From positions 704,001 through 768,000 of the forward strand of contig CAXXMV010000002.1 in the NCBI GenBank assembly GCA_963662285.2: DNA of 64,000 nucleotides, in the 5' to 3' direction. The position numbers and the translations under genes were made by a program. The notes under the pieces were generated by a model, which ran no database searches, was not told where the DNA came from, and saw only the letters and a list, made by a program, of their open reading frames with translations. Shown here one piece after another: positions 1 through 9,673 of this stretch (position 1 is its first letter; every line of letters starts with the position of its first letter). Source of the stretch: a bacterium. Lineage in GTDB: Bacteria > Hinthialibacterota > Hinthialibacteria > Hinthialibacterales > Hinthialibacteraceae.

Positions 1-65
1 CAGTCGATGTTCTTAATAAGCAAAACCGATGAACCTATCCAGCATCTACGTGCTCAACGTCCAAA

Positions 66-401
66 CTAAATACTATCTTCAGCAATAGAACGATCTATTT
101 GTAAAAACTCTATGGGGGCGCCATTGTCTTCAATAAATGCAACGATGACTCCGGGGCTTGGGCTATTAGGCTGGATGATTACATTTTTTCCCTTTATCTC
201 CTTCTCAATATCTTCTACTTCAAAAGCCACATGAGGGATATTTTTGACGATTTCGGGGAAATCCGCATCATCTTCATAACGCATCCATTCAATTCCATAA
301 GGATTCTTGCCGTATCCACTTACATACACCTTCAAATGCTTCAAGTGGATTTCATCTCTGAGTTTTTCTTTTGTCGGTATTCCCAGGTGATGATATTTCA
401 T
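66..401 (-). CDS. VOC/glyoxalase-like fold protein
   Basis: 111 aa; HHLGIP ... HVAFEVEDI ... VAFIEDNGAPIEFLQ pattern typical of VOC-family proteins. Confidence 0.7.
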   Translation of the reverse strand: MKYHHLGIPTKEKLRDEIHLKHLKVYVSGYGKNPYGIEWMRYEDDADFPEIVKNIPHVAFEVEDIEKEIKGKNVIIQPNSPSPGVIVAFIEDNGAPIEFLQIDRSIAEDSI

Positions 402-508
402 TTTCTTTCCCCCAATTTAACTCAAAACCGCATTCACCACCGTATTAAGTTATTGAATGCTTCGGATTCCACTCCGATTTATATCTTACCCTAATATGGA
501 GATGAAAA

Positions 509-1297
509 ATGAAAAAGAATATCGCTTTTACAACTCTCATCATTCTGGCATGTGTTGTTTGCGGGCTAACTGTTTCAACCAGCAGTGCTGCGGATCAGCA
601 GAGTATTTCCGCTCTAAAGCAGGCGTTATCCAGTTATGAATGGAAAGAGAGAGAACAGGCCGCGGATGCTATCGGTGAAATTGGAGTTGATGCGAAAGAA
701 ACAATCCCATCTCTCATCGAATGCCTTACGGATGAGGAATGGCATGTGCGAAAGTCTGCCGCCAATGCCCTGGTCAGTATGAAGGCTGAAGCAAAGCAGG
801 CAGTTCCGTCTTTAATTGATGCGTTAGGTGATGAAGAGTGGCAGGTACGCAAACCAGCCGCTTACGCTTTGGCGGCTATCGGGCCTGCATCTGTACCGGC
901 TGTAACGGCCCTTATCGTGGCGCTGCGTGATGAAGAATGGCATGTACGCAAACCCGCAGCTTGCGCCTTGGCGGCCATTGGTCCTGCATCTATACCCGCA
1001 GTAACTGATCTTGTCTATGCGCTGAGTGATTATGAATGGCAGGTACGCAAACCCGCCTGTGACGCTTTGGCTGCAATTGGTCCTGCGTCGCAACCTGCTG
1101 TAAATAAACTTGTTAAGTTGCTCAATGATGAAGAATGGCAGGTTCAAAAATCCGCCGCGTTGGCTCTTGGAGCGATTGGATCTGAAGCGGCGGTCGCTAT
1201 CCCCGCGCTTAAAGAAAAACTCAAGGATTATGAAGAGCAAGTGCGTGACGCTGCCGCCCACGCGTTATTGAAAATTGAGAAAATTATAAAGCATTGA
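509..1297 (+). CDS. Secreted HEAT (PBS-lyase-like) repeat protein
   Basis: N-terminal signal peptide (MKKNIAF...SSA) followed by ~7 33-aa repeats D[EY]EW[HQ]VRKxAxxAL. Confidence 0.9.
   Translation: MKKNIAFTTLIILACVVCGLTVSTSSAADQQSISALKQALSSYEWKEREQAADAIGEIGVDAKETIPSLIECLTDEEWHVRKSAANALVSMKAEAKQAVPSLIDALGDEEWQVRKPAAYALAAIGPASVPAVTALIVALRDEEWHVRKPAACALAAIGPASIPAVTDLVYALSDYEWQVRKPACDALAAIGPASQPAVNKLVKLLNDEEWQVQKSAALALGAIGSEAAVAIPALKEKLKDYEEQVRDAAAHALLKIEKIIKH
632..1290 (+). repeat. 99-bp coding tandem repeat array of the HEAT gene
   Basis: Unit starts recur at 632, 731, 830, 929, 1028, 1127 and 1226 (e.g. gatgaagaatgg). Confidence 0.9.
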
Positions 1298-1351
1298 AAT
1301 GATTATTTCATGGATGTTTTTTATTATAATTAACGCAACGAGGAAATTAAT

Positions 1352-2533
1352 ATGATTAAACTACATCAAGTTGTATTTATAGCATTACTGTTGTTCCTTT
1401 CAAATATATCCGTCGCCAATGAGAAAATGGATTTCTGGAACACGCAGCGCAAAGGCGCCAATTGTTTTAATGTTGTATCTCAGGAGCAGTGGTTTAAAGA
1501 TGCTCATGAACTCGGACTTGAGTGGGTGCGGATGACTTATGGTAAATGGAAAGGCGCCCAACGTGATTTTCTGATGGGGGATGCAGGGTTTTTCAAAGGC
1601 ATAGTTAAAGAGGACCTGGCCAAGCTTATTCAAACTCTTGATTGGGCTGAAAAATATGGTGTCAAGGTGGTGGTTACTCCTCTATGTCTGCCGGGCAACA
1701 GATGGATACAAAACAATAATAATCAAAGGGATTTACGCTTATGGAATGACAAGGCATTTTGGAAACAGGCGGCGGATTTCTGGAGTGAGTTGGCGGCTGT
1801 TCTAAAGGATCATCCGGCGGTTTACGCTTATAATATCTTGAACGAACCAATCGCAGAAATGAAAACCGGGATATCTGAACAAAGTCCTGCTTCCCGTTAT
1901 CTTGAATGGTATAAAGAATATAAAGGAACTTCTCATGATTTACCGGCATTCTATGAGACGGTGATATCTGAAATCCGCAAAGTGGATTCGTTAACTCCCA
2001 TCATGGTGGATGGAGGATGGTATGGTCACCCGAATGCGTTTTCTTATTGGCCAAAATTGAATGATGATAAGGTGCTCTATTCGTTTCACATGTATGAACC
2101 TTATTCATTCACCAATCATAAGAATTTTTTTGAAGAACATAATCTTATCTATCCGGGAAAAATATCCTTCGCTGGAAAGAAGGTTGATTGGAACAAGAAA
2201 CAAATCGAAAATCACTTTTCCACTTTCTTTGCGTGGGCTAAAGATAAAAATATCCCGTTGAACCGGTTAGTCTGCGGAGAATTTGGATGCTACCGCCGCA
2301 ACCAGGGATGCCAGGATTACCTCGAAGATGTTCTTACTGTCCTGAATTCGCATAATTTGCATTGGGCGTTCTATTCTTTCCGCGAGGATGAATGGGATGG
2401 CTATGATTATGAGGTTGGAACAGTTGGATTAGGTGAGGAATACTGGAAAGCCAAAGATAAAGGTGAAAATCCTAAAGTCCCACGCCACGACAATCCGTTG
2501 TTTGATGTGATAAAAAGAGAATTTTCTAATTGA
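1352..2533 (+). CDS. Glycoside hydrolase family 5, secreted
   Basis: Signal peptide; YNILNEP (acid/base), SFHMYEP, VCGEFG (nucleophile), HWAFY motifs. Confidence 0.9.
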   Translation: MIKLHQVVFIALLLFLSNISVANEKMDFWNTQRKGANCFNVVSQEQWFKDAHELGLEWVRMTYGKWKGAQRDFLMGDAGFFKGIVKEDLAKLIQTLDWAEKYGVKVVVTPLCLPGNRWIQNNNNQRDLRLWNDKAFWKQAADFWSELAAVLKDHPAVYAYNILNEPIAEMKTGISEQSPASRYLEWYKEYKGTSHDLPAFYETVISEIRKVDSLTPIMVDGGWYGHPNAFSYWPKLNDDKVLYSFHMYEPYSFTNHKNFFEEHNLIYPGKISFAGKKVDWNKKQIENHFSTFFAWAKDKNIPLNRLVCGEFGCYRRNQGCQDYLEDVLTVLNSHNLHWAFYSFREDEWDGYDYEVGTVGLGEEYWKAKDKGENPKVPRHDNPLFDVIKREFSN

Positions 2534-2554
2534 ATACAATATAATTAGATATCC

Positions 2555-2590
2555 GAGAGAGGTTTGGAGATATTTCTTCAAACCTCTCTC
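2555..2590. terminator. Hairpin after the GH5 gene
   Basis: gagagaggtttg...caaacctctctc inverted repeat; no strong U-tract. Confidence 0.55.
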
Positions 2591-2637
2591 AATGAAGAAA
2601 TCCTAAAAAATGTTTTCCTTATAAAAGTGTTTAACCA

Positions 2638-3261
2638 ATGGTGCAAATCTTAGTACATACTGAATTTGAAGAGAACGTTATTTCCCATTCCAGCGAATTG
2701 AAGCGTTCGCCAAAGTTATCCGAATTGTGGCACTCCGGTTGGCCGCAGACTTTGGATGAATTTGAACGATTTGTGAATGTTTTTCAAAAACGTTTGTTTC
2801 GGTTTATCTTTTATCGTCTTAGAAATCAACAGGATGCAGAGGATTTGTTGCAAACATTATTTCTCAAAGCATACCATAACCGTGAAAAACTTAAAAAAGT
2901 AAAATCACAAGTCGGCGCCTATTTGTATCGCATGGCGTTGAATGCCTGTATCGACCATGGCCGTAAGCGAATGCAGGTAAACCATGTCAATATTGATGAC
3001 CCAGATCAGGCATCATCAAAATATATGTCTGTAGACGCTGGAGCGACTGATGAACTTGACCGTATCGAAGAGATCATGCAGCAGATTCCGGCCAAACAGG
3101 CGGAGGTGCTTCGGTTTCGCGTTATGGATGATCTTACATTTTCTGAAATCGCCAAAGTTATTGGCTGTTTTGAAACAACAGCTAGGACGCGTTATCGATA
3201 TGGCGTGAAAAAGCTTCGTCAAATTATACAAGAAGAAGAAAAAAACCATGAAATGTTGTAA
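2638..3261 (+). CDS. ECF RNA polymerase sigma factor
   Basis: DAEDLLQTLFLKAY, YLYRMALNACID (region 2); LTFSEIAKVIG...TARTR (region 4). Confidence 0.9.
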   Translation: MVQILVHTEFEENVISHSSELKRSPKLSELWHSGWPQTLDEFERFVNVFQKRLFRFIFYRLRNQQDAEDLLQTLFLKAYHNREKLKKVKSQVGAYLYRMALNACIDHGRKRMQVNHVNIDDPDQASSKYMSVDAGATDELDRIEEIMQQIPAKQAEVLRFRVMDDLTFSEIAKVIGCFETTARTRYRYGVKKLRQIIQEEEKNHEML

Positions 3262-4855
3262 GGTTCAAAACCGAATCCTTGATTTATTACCATTATCTTT
3301 GGAAGAGTCGCTTCCAGGAGATATATTGCAACATATATCCACTTGTTCTGTATGCAAATCTTTTTATCAGGAACATGAACAGGCGATTGAGAGAATTAGA
3401 CCGACAAATCCTGCGCCATTTCCGCAAAAATTCAATGAAGATCTGATGCAGCGAATCCGATCCCAAGAGAACACGAATTCCCAAAGAACTGCTGTAACTT
3501 CGAAAAAAACGTTTCTTTGGAAACCCGTCTATGTTACCGGTATGGCGATTCTGATATTGTCTTTTTTCGTTTTTTCCAATCCAAACGAGTGGATTCAATA
3601 TCTATTGAAAAATGACGCCGCATTATCGGCGGATATCCGGCTCTTTAATGCTTTTGCCAATGAGTTTTCTTATTCACGCCACACTGGAATGCTATATCAG
3701 TCCAACGAAGTCATATTCCATCCTTTGAAAGCGTTCTTTGGAGAAGAAGAACAATGGTATCCCATTACAGTCATCAATAAATCCGGGCAAATCGAGATTG
3801 TTAAAATCGCATTTAACGAGAATCATAGAAAAAAGCGGATTATCAAGGATGAATCCTGGTATGATTTGGATAGTTGTCGTTTTCTTCGTATGTTATCTAT
3901 CGATCAAAAGGTCTTCTTTCTGAATGCTTTCGATGGTAAACAATTGTTAACGACGCAAAAAAATAGTAATAAGAGTGGATTTTCCGTAGAAATAGATACT
4001 CCAGTAGATTTTATGATCCCTCAACCGGGAGAATTCTTTGGATTTATGGCCAGTTTACCGGCTTTTTTTGCTGAAAGTAACGATGTCAAAATGGTGAATT
4101 CCATTTCCAAAAAGCAAATCGATGGAGAACCGATTCAGCAAATAAAAACTACTATTAAAAAAAATGGTGAATATGCTTATCGTTATTACTTTAATATCAC
4201 GCCAAGTAATAATGAAATTGCTGAGATTCACACTTTCCTTTACAGGACTCAATTATTAACTATACGCCCAAACACAATTGTTTCTGAAAATATATCCTCT
4301 TTCCCTCAAAATTTCTCAGAAACGCGGTTTGATAATGATACGGCAAACGACATTAATATAGAGTATTCCGATATTCCTCCTTTTTCAAAAAGAATATCCT
4401 TGGTGGAAATACGCGAAAATGTCTGGAGCGACTACCTATATATTGAACCGGATGTAGTTAACCGGCAACTTATAGAATATTCTGATATGTTTGACTTTGG
4501 ATATCCATCAAAACGGGCGTATTTGACCACATATTGGTTGCCGGATGGAAATCCGGTTATTCTCATACAATCATATTCATTAAATATGCGGTATGGCGAG
4601 AAGATAAAAGGCGCCAGTAAGTTGATTCATTCAACCAAGCAGGGATTAAATATCTGGGAAAGTCCTATAATCCATAAAGTGGCCAAGCAAGTATCTCAAT
4701 TTGCATTGTCAATGACAGAGAAACCGTTGAATGATAACATCAAAGGATATTTGTTAGAGCATCCTAATGGATGCTTCGCTTATATAGTATCTAAAAAGAC
4801 AATGGATGATGAGTTATTAAGATTTCTGGCAAGATTATCACCTTTAAAGAAATAA
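3248..4855 (+). CDS. Membrane anti-sigma factor (zf-HC2) with large extracytoplasmic domain
   Basis: Overlaps the sigma stop; HISTCSVC Zn motif, one TM helix, ~420-aa C-terminal domain. Confidence 0.8.
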   Translation: MKCCKVQNRILDLLPLSLEESLPGDILQHISTCSVCKSFYQEHEQAIERIRPTNPAPFPQKFNEDLMQRIRSQENTNSQRTAVTSKKTFLWKPVYVTGMAILILSFFVFSNPNEWIQYLLKNDAALSADIRLFNAFANEFSYSRHTGMLYQSNEVIFHPLKAFFGEEEQWYPITVINKSGQIEIVKIAFNENHRKKRIIKDESWYDLDSCRFLRMLSIDQKVFFLNAFDGKQLLTTQKNSNKSGFSVEIDTPVDFMIPQPGEFFGFMASLPAFFAESNDVKMVNSISKKQIDGEPIQQIKTTIKKNGEYAYRYYFNITPSNNEIAEIHTFLYRTQLLTIRPNTIVSENISSFPQNFSETRFDNDTANDINIEYSDIPPFSKRISLVEIRENVWSDYLYIEPDVVNRQLIEYSDMFDFGYPSKRAYLTTYWLPDGNPVILIQSYSLNMRYGEKIKGASKLIHSTKQGLNIWESPIIHKVAKQVSQFALSMTEKPLNDNIKGYLLEHPNGCFAYIVSKKTMDDELLRFLARLSPLKK

Positions 4856-5058
4856 TCCCCTCAATATTTGAGTCTCTTTCATCTGGTTTTTGCTGTGTTC
4901 CTCGAGTCGGGATAAAGAATATGTTCATAATCATGTTTTGCTGTTAAAACGCTAATATTTACAGGATTTTTGACACGCGAATAAGCATGTTTTATGCAAA
5001 CTTCTATGTGGAAATTATTGAATTCCCGCTTAATTTCACGTAATTCTAATATTCGGGC

Positions 5059-5085
5059 TAAAGATCGTTTTCCAGCGGTCGATAC
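5059..5085 (+). promoter_or_regulatory. sigma-28 promoter 1
   Basis: TAAA-N15-GTCGATAC upstream of flagellin. Confidence 0.75.
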
Positions 5086-5135
5086 ATGAAGGCACATAAA
5101 AGAACAGCGCTTCCAAAAAAAAAGTCAAAAAGTTC

Positions 5136-5162
5136 TTAAGATTGAATTTCAACAGTCGATAA
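5136..5162 (+). promoter_or_regulatory. sigma-28 promoter 2
   Basis: TTAA-N15-GTCGATAA. Confidence 0.7.
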
Positions 5163-5183
5163 ATGGAAGCAGAGCAAATGCAT

Positions 5184-5210
5184 TTAATTATTTTTGGTTG
5201 AGGCCGACAA
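5184..5210 (+). promoter_or_regulatory. sigma-28 promoter 3
   Basis: TTAA-N15-GCCGACAA. Confidence 0.65.
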
Positions 5211-5220
5211 GGGTTTTTTA

Positions 5221-5370
5221 TAGTTTCACTTCGCCGAGAGTTCAAGGATGAACTCCTGAGCCGAAAGGTTCCGAAAAGGCGAAACACTACTTAACGATTC
5301 AGTCTGGAAGATGTGAATCGGATTACCTGGCAAGGATTGCCGGGTCCCAAAGTATCAGGGAGGATACGCC
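5221..5370 (+). promoter_or_regulatory. Structured flagellin 5' UTR with CsrA-type GGA hairpins
   Basis: gagttc-AAGGAT-gaactc (5238-5255), cgattca...tGGAa...tgaatcg (5295-5320), acctggcaa-GGA-ttgccgggt (5325-5345), SD agggagga. Confidence 0.75.
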
Positions 5371-7974
5371 ATGGGCATTACACGTATCAACAACAACGTC
5401 GCTGCAATTACCGCGACACGTCACTTAAACGCTTCGAGTTCTCAATTAACTAAAAATATCGAACGTCTATCTTCTGGGTTGCGCATCAACCGCGCTGGCG
5501 ACGATGCTGCCGGATTAACCATTAGAGAGCGCCTACGGACTCAAATTCGCGGCACAGACATGGCAATCCGTAACTCGCAAGACGGCATTAGCATGGTCAG
5601 CACAACAGAAGCGGCTCTCGATTCTCTAGTTTCCAGCCTGCATCGTATTAGAGAATTGGCGATCCAGGCAGGTAATACGGGAACTAATGACGCCCCTGCT
5701 ATTCAAGCCATCCAGGACGAAGTCTTCCAGCAGATCGACGAAGTCAACCGGATCGCTACCACTGCACGCTTCAGTTCACGGATTCTCTTCACGGGCGATA
5801 ACGCCAATCAGACTGAACTGCGTCGCGGTCAAGATGATATCGGTGTTAATATCTCCAATGATCCCAATGCCAGCAATTTGAGAAGCGGCACATCAATTCT
5901 AAATATTATCCGTACTCAAAGCGGTTCGGAAAACCTTCTTCCCGCAATTAAAGAAGATGGACAGGCCATTTTCGCCACCGGTTTGAAGGATGCGACCGAT
6001 ATCGCCGTCACCGAACAACGTTTCTTTAGTAGTGCTGCCCCTGGTCCAGCAGCCAATTCAGAAGACCTTTCTTCGTTATTCTTCGGCGGCACAGTATCAA
6101 TGACTCAGGTTCCCATACGAGCAAATGACACTATTTCTTTTCAAGGCTTCTTGTCTGATGGCATTACTCCATTTGCTGGAGCACTTAGTGTTACCACCTT
6201 AGCCGGAAATAGTGGCGTCGGCGACTTGATTTCTCAAATCCAACTCGCTATTGATAATGCTGAAGTGGCGCTGTTTGGTGGACTGGTTGCGGATATCCCT
6301 TCCAGTTTCCTACAGACGCACGTCAGTATCCCTATCGAAACTAATACTGAAGCGCAGGGCAGTGGACGTCTTCGTTTCTTAAGCGCTAAAGCTGGTGGAG
6401 CGAATGCAACCAATGCAGATATCTCAGATGGTCCATCAAAATTCAGCATAAGTATAAAAATCGTCAATAATACTGATGATCTTAAGATTCAAACCGTATC
6501 TACAAGAGATTATGTCGAGGGCAAAAATGTTGGCGCACAATACGGAAACTATGTCCAGGGAATTACTGGTTCAACTTTCGATACGGGCAACTTTGGCATC
6601 GAAGTAACGGACATTATTCCTCCAAGCCGACGGAAACTTGAAACGCAACTCGAATTCCGCGATTCAAGCGGCTCTCTTCTTACGCGTTCTGCAAGTCTTG
6701 TCAACTCAGTATCAGGCGCAATCTTGAATGGAACTTTCATGGATTCAGTATTCACCACTGGCGACACCGGCATCCAGTTCGAAGCAAACGACACTTTGAC
6801 CATCCAAGGTGTTAATGCTGATGGCACAACATTTGAAACAATCTTTACCATGGTTGTCGATCCCGGCGGCGTCGTTCATGTAGATAATAATGTAGGCGAT
6901 GGTCAATTCGAGACTCTTTCCGGTCTTATTAAAGAATTGAATAACCGGGATAGATCAAGCGGCATCAATTACACCGCTACAGAAAAAGATCAAAGCGCAT
7001 TTATGGATGCAGTATTCACCTTTACCGGCAGCGGGACGTTCCAACTGATTGACGATGTCGCGGAAGAATCTAAATCCAGTTTGTTTATGATCGTTGAAGA
7101 TGCCAATACCACGCGGACTCTAACTGATCGTTCTCAAGTCATCATCGAAGGCAATCCAGAAATGGCCACGGTAACAATAGATGGCGGCGAGCGTATACGC
7201 GTCAAGGTTGGCGATGAAGTCGTGCTTACGGGACCGCAACCCACTAAGTTCGGTGAAGAAATTCCACGGACTATTATGAGGATTGGCGCTGGCGCACGAT
7301 CCAGTATGTCAAATTCTATTCTTAATCAGGGCACGGATACTCTCGAAATCACCGCTCAGGAATATATTGCGACGCTTAATGGCGGTCCTATCGTCACTTT
7401 CCAGAATGGCGACCAGGATGTCTTCTTCGAAAGTGGAGTAAGCGAGGGAGTCGCGGAAACCTTGATGCTCGATTTCGACGCAATCCTGGATATCACTGGA
7501 CCCACGATTGATGGTTCGCCTAACACCGGTATGGCAATTCTGCTATCGACCGTCAATAACGCCCTGAATTATCAGGTCGGCGCTTTCCAGGGTCAGAATT
7601 TACAGGTAAATATCCCCGATCTTCGCGGCAACGTCATTGGTTTTGGCTTTGGCAGCGGAATGACGGTTTCTGATATCAATGTTACTACTGTTGAAGGAGT
7701 AGACGCAGCACTTGCAATTGTTGATGAAGCGCTGGATCAGGTCAGTCGGACTCGATCCACCTTAGGCGCATTTACCAATAGACTAGAGACCACCATAGAC
7801 AGCCTGTCTACGGCTTCCGAAAATCTCCAGGCCTCAGAATCACGACTCAGCGATGTAGATATGGCTACGGAAGTATCTGCCTTCACTTCTAATCAGATAC
7901 TCTTCCAGGCTGGTACATCAGTTCTCGGACAAGCTAACTTCTTGCCGCAAGGCTTGTTATCACTACTTGGATAA
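5371..7974 (+). CDS. fliC: Flagellin (867 aa, large variable region)
   Basis: IERLSSGLRINRAGDDAAGL N-terminus; SRTRSTLGAFTNRLE...SRLSDVDMA...QANFLPQGLLSLLG C-terminus. Confidence 0.97.
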   Translation: MGITRINNNVAAITATRHLNASSSQLTKNIERLSSGLRINRAGDDAAGLTIRERLRTQIRGTDMAIRNSQDGISMVSTTEAALDSLVSSLHRIRELAIQAGNTGTNDAPAIQAIQDEVFQQIDEVNRIATTARFSSRILFTGDNANQTELRRGQDDIGVNISNDPNASNLRSGTSILNIIRTQSGSENLLPAIKEDGQAIFATGLKDATDIAVTEQRFFSSAAPGPAANSEDLSSLFFGGTVSMTQVPIRANDTISFQGFLSDGITPFAGALSVTTLAGNSGVGDLISQIQLAIDNAEVALFGGLVADIPSSFLQTHVSIPIETNTEAQGSGRLRFLSAKAGGANATNADISDGPSKFSISIKIVNNTDDLKIQTVSTRDYVEGKNVGAQYGNYVQGITGSTFDTGNFGIEVTDIIPPSRRKLETQLEFRDSSGSLLTRSASLVNSVSGAILNGTFMDSVFTTGDTGIQFEANDTLTIQGVNADGTTFETIFTMVVDPGGVVHVDNNVGDGQFETLSGLIKELNNRDRSSGINYTATEKDQSAFMDAVFTFTGSGTFQLIDDVAEESKSSLFMIVEDANTTRTLTDRSQVIIEGNPEMATVTIDGGERIRVKVGDEVVLTGPQPTKFGEEIPRTIMRIGAGARSSMSNSILNQGTDTLEITAQEYIATLNGGPIVTFQNGDQDVFFESGVSEGVAETLMLDFDAILDITGPTIDGSPNTGMAILLSTVNNALNYQVGAFQGQNLQVNIPDLRGNVIGFGFGSGMTVSDINVTTVEGVDAALAIVDEALDQVSRTRSTLGAFTNRLETTIDSLSTASENLQASESRLSDVDMATEVSAFTSNQILFQAGTSVLGQANFLPQGLLSLLG

Positions 7975-9627
7975 TTCCATTACGGACAATTACGGAAAGT
8001 AATATACCGCTAACTTTGAACCTGGCAGTTCAAAATTCGCGGGGTGGAGACCTCTTTTGCTCCAAATTCTCCACCCCGCAACACAAAAAACTTGATTGAT
8101 AGATGCTTAAGTCTTGCCGTTTCAATTGTTTCCCGGATGTATTGGCTCTTGGCTGCTGAAAACCAGACCGTAGAAACCATTGAGATGACAACATTGAAGA
8201 AACACTCAACCAAGAGTAATGCAAAGATCAGGCAACCGATGATCGCCCAGTGATTTTTCTTCAAAAGCTAAAAAGAAATTGAGGATCAAGAACATGATGA
8301 TCACAAAGACTCAAACATTGCTTTCTGCTTTACGACGATTAATGCATCGTAACTTTCGCATTCGAGCAGGTCGTTTTCTCGCTTATGCATGAATTACAGC
8401 ATCAGCCATAAGCCATATAGCAGGATAGTTCAATAATTATCAGGAGTCTTACAAATGGATACTCGTACGAAACCCATCCCTCTATTTCGATCTTCTTGTG
8501 CGAAGAAGATCGAAGCCAGATGGAATCCAAGGAACTATGGGGTGCGACCTATAATCCACAATACTATTCGATGGGCTTATTTCTTCTTCCTCAGTCCGTG
8601 GAATGGCGTGGAAACTCCCTGGAGACGATGGCATCGTGCTTATCAAATTAGTCATAAATCCGAGAGTGAGAGGAGGGTTCCTGGAAAAGTCTTATTCAGG
8701 CGTCTAAAACAAGGATGTTTGCAAATGATGCCCGGATTTTTCCCTAAACCACAACGGCATGCGCGCTGTTTGGCGAGGCAAGGAGCCTTCCTACTCGACT
8801 CAACTTCCATAAGGGAGTTCGCAAGATTGCAGTGGATCGTTCAGAATGGCTCAAATAAACAAATATTGAAATCACAATAATACTTAAAAATAAATAGGAT
8901 ATTTGAAATACGAAAATCATATATTAACTACTTTAGCCTTACTGATTTTTATGGATTTTGAACAAGACAGAATGATCAGATATGTCAATCACAGTCGAAT
9001 TTCATTATCTGATCCAGGTATGCAGTAAACCGTTTTTTCAACGAGATTAGAAAGACAATTCTCAGTTTAACAACTGAAAAAAATAAAAGTTGTAAGACGT
9101 CAAGGAGGAATTAACCAAGTTCCAGATTACCACATAACCCATCCTCATACCAAATGGCTTTTGGCATGAACCAGGTTGACTCCCTGGGAACAGATGGGAT
9201 AAATGGCCAAAATGGATTCCACCTCAAGAAAAACGGGTTGGGCTGCAAAAGTGGGGTGCTGATGGTTCTCTATATTCAGAACGCATCACCAGAGAGCGGC
9301 AGTCAAAGTATTTTGGATTTAGCGCCGGATTCGTTCAGATTTCCTGGTTAAGGGAATTGTGCGCAATCGCTTAAATACAATGTATTTTGATATTTGCTCT
9401 TACGAACACTACAGCACCCATTAAATGCACCCAATCTACAGCACCCGAATATCAGTTCTTTTCCGGCCACCCACTGGAAAAGAAATGAGGATTATAACCA
9501 ATCCGACTTGTTACATTGAATCAATCCGGGGCGGTTCACTCGACTCCCCGGTTTCAATGCTTCATTGAAGGTTCAAGCGTAATAATGCTGATCGGTTAAA
9601 TCTATATAGTTCTACCCAAACCCCACT

Positions 9628-9673
9628 GTTCGGCACGGATGCCGAACCAACCCATTTTCACGGAGGAATAGCC
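9628..9673 (+). promoter_or_regulatory. CsrA-type hairpin and SD of the second flagellin
   Basis: gttcggca-CGGA-tgccgaac perfect 8-bp stem; cacggagga SD. Confidence 0.75.

Noticed and set aside
632-1290. CRISPR-like regular repeats
   Set aside because: In-frame 99-bp protein repeats with no unique spacers and no cas genes
5230-5290. Hammerhead ribozyme (CUGA and GAAA in a junction)
   Set aside because: The core CUGANGA is missing (CUGAGCC); better explained as a CsrA-type leader
8010-8880. ORFs 8010-8264 (-) and 8455-8880 (+), the latter with a faint FRG-like RxxAxQGxF segment
   Set aside because: No convincing family motif set; they may be decayed genes but cannot be supported
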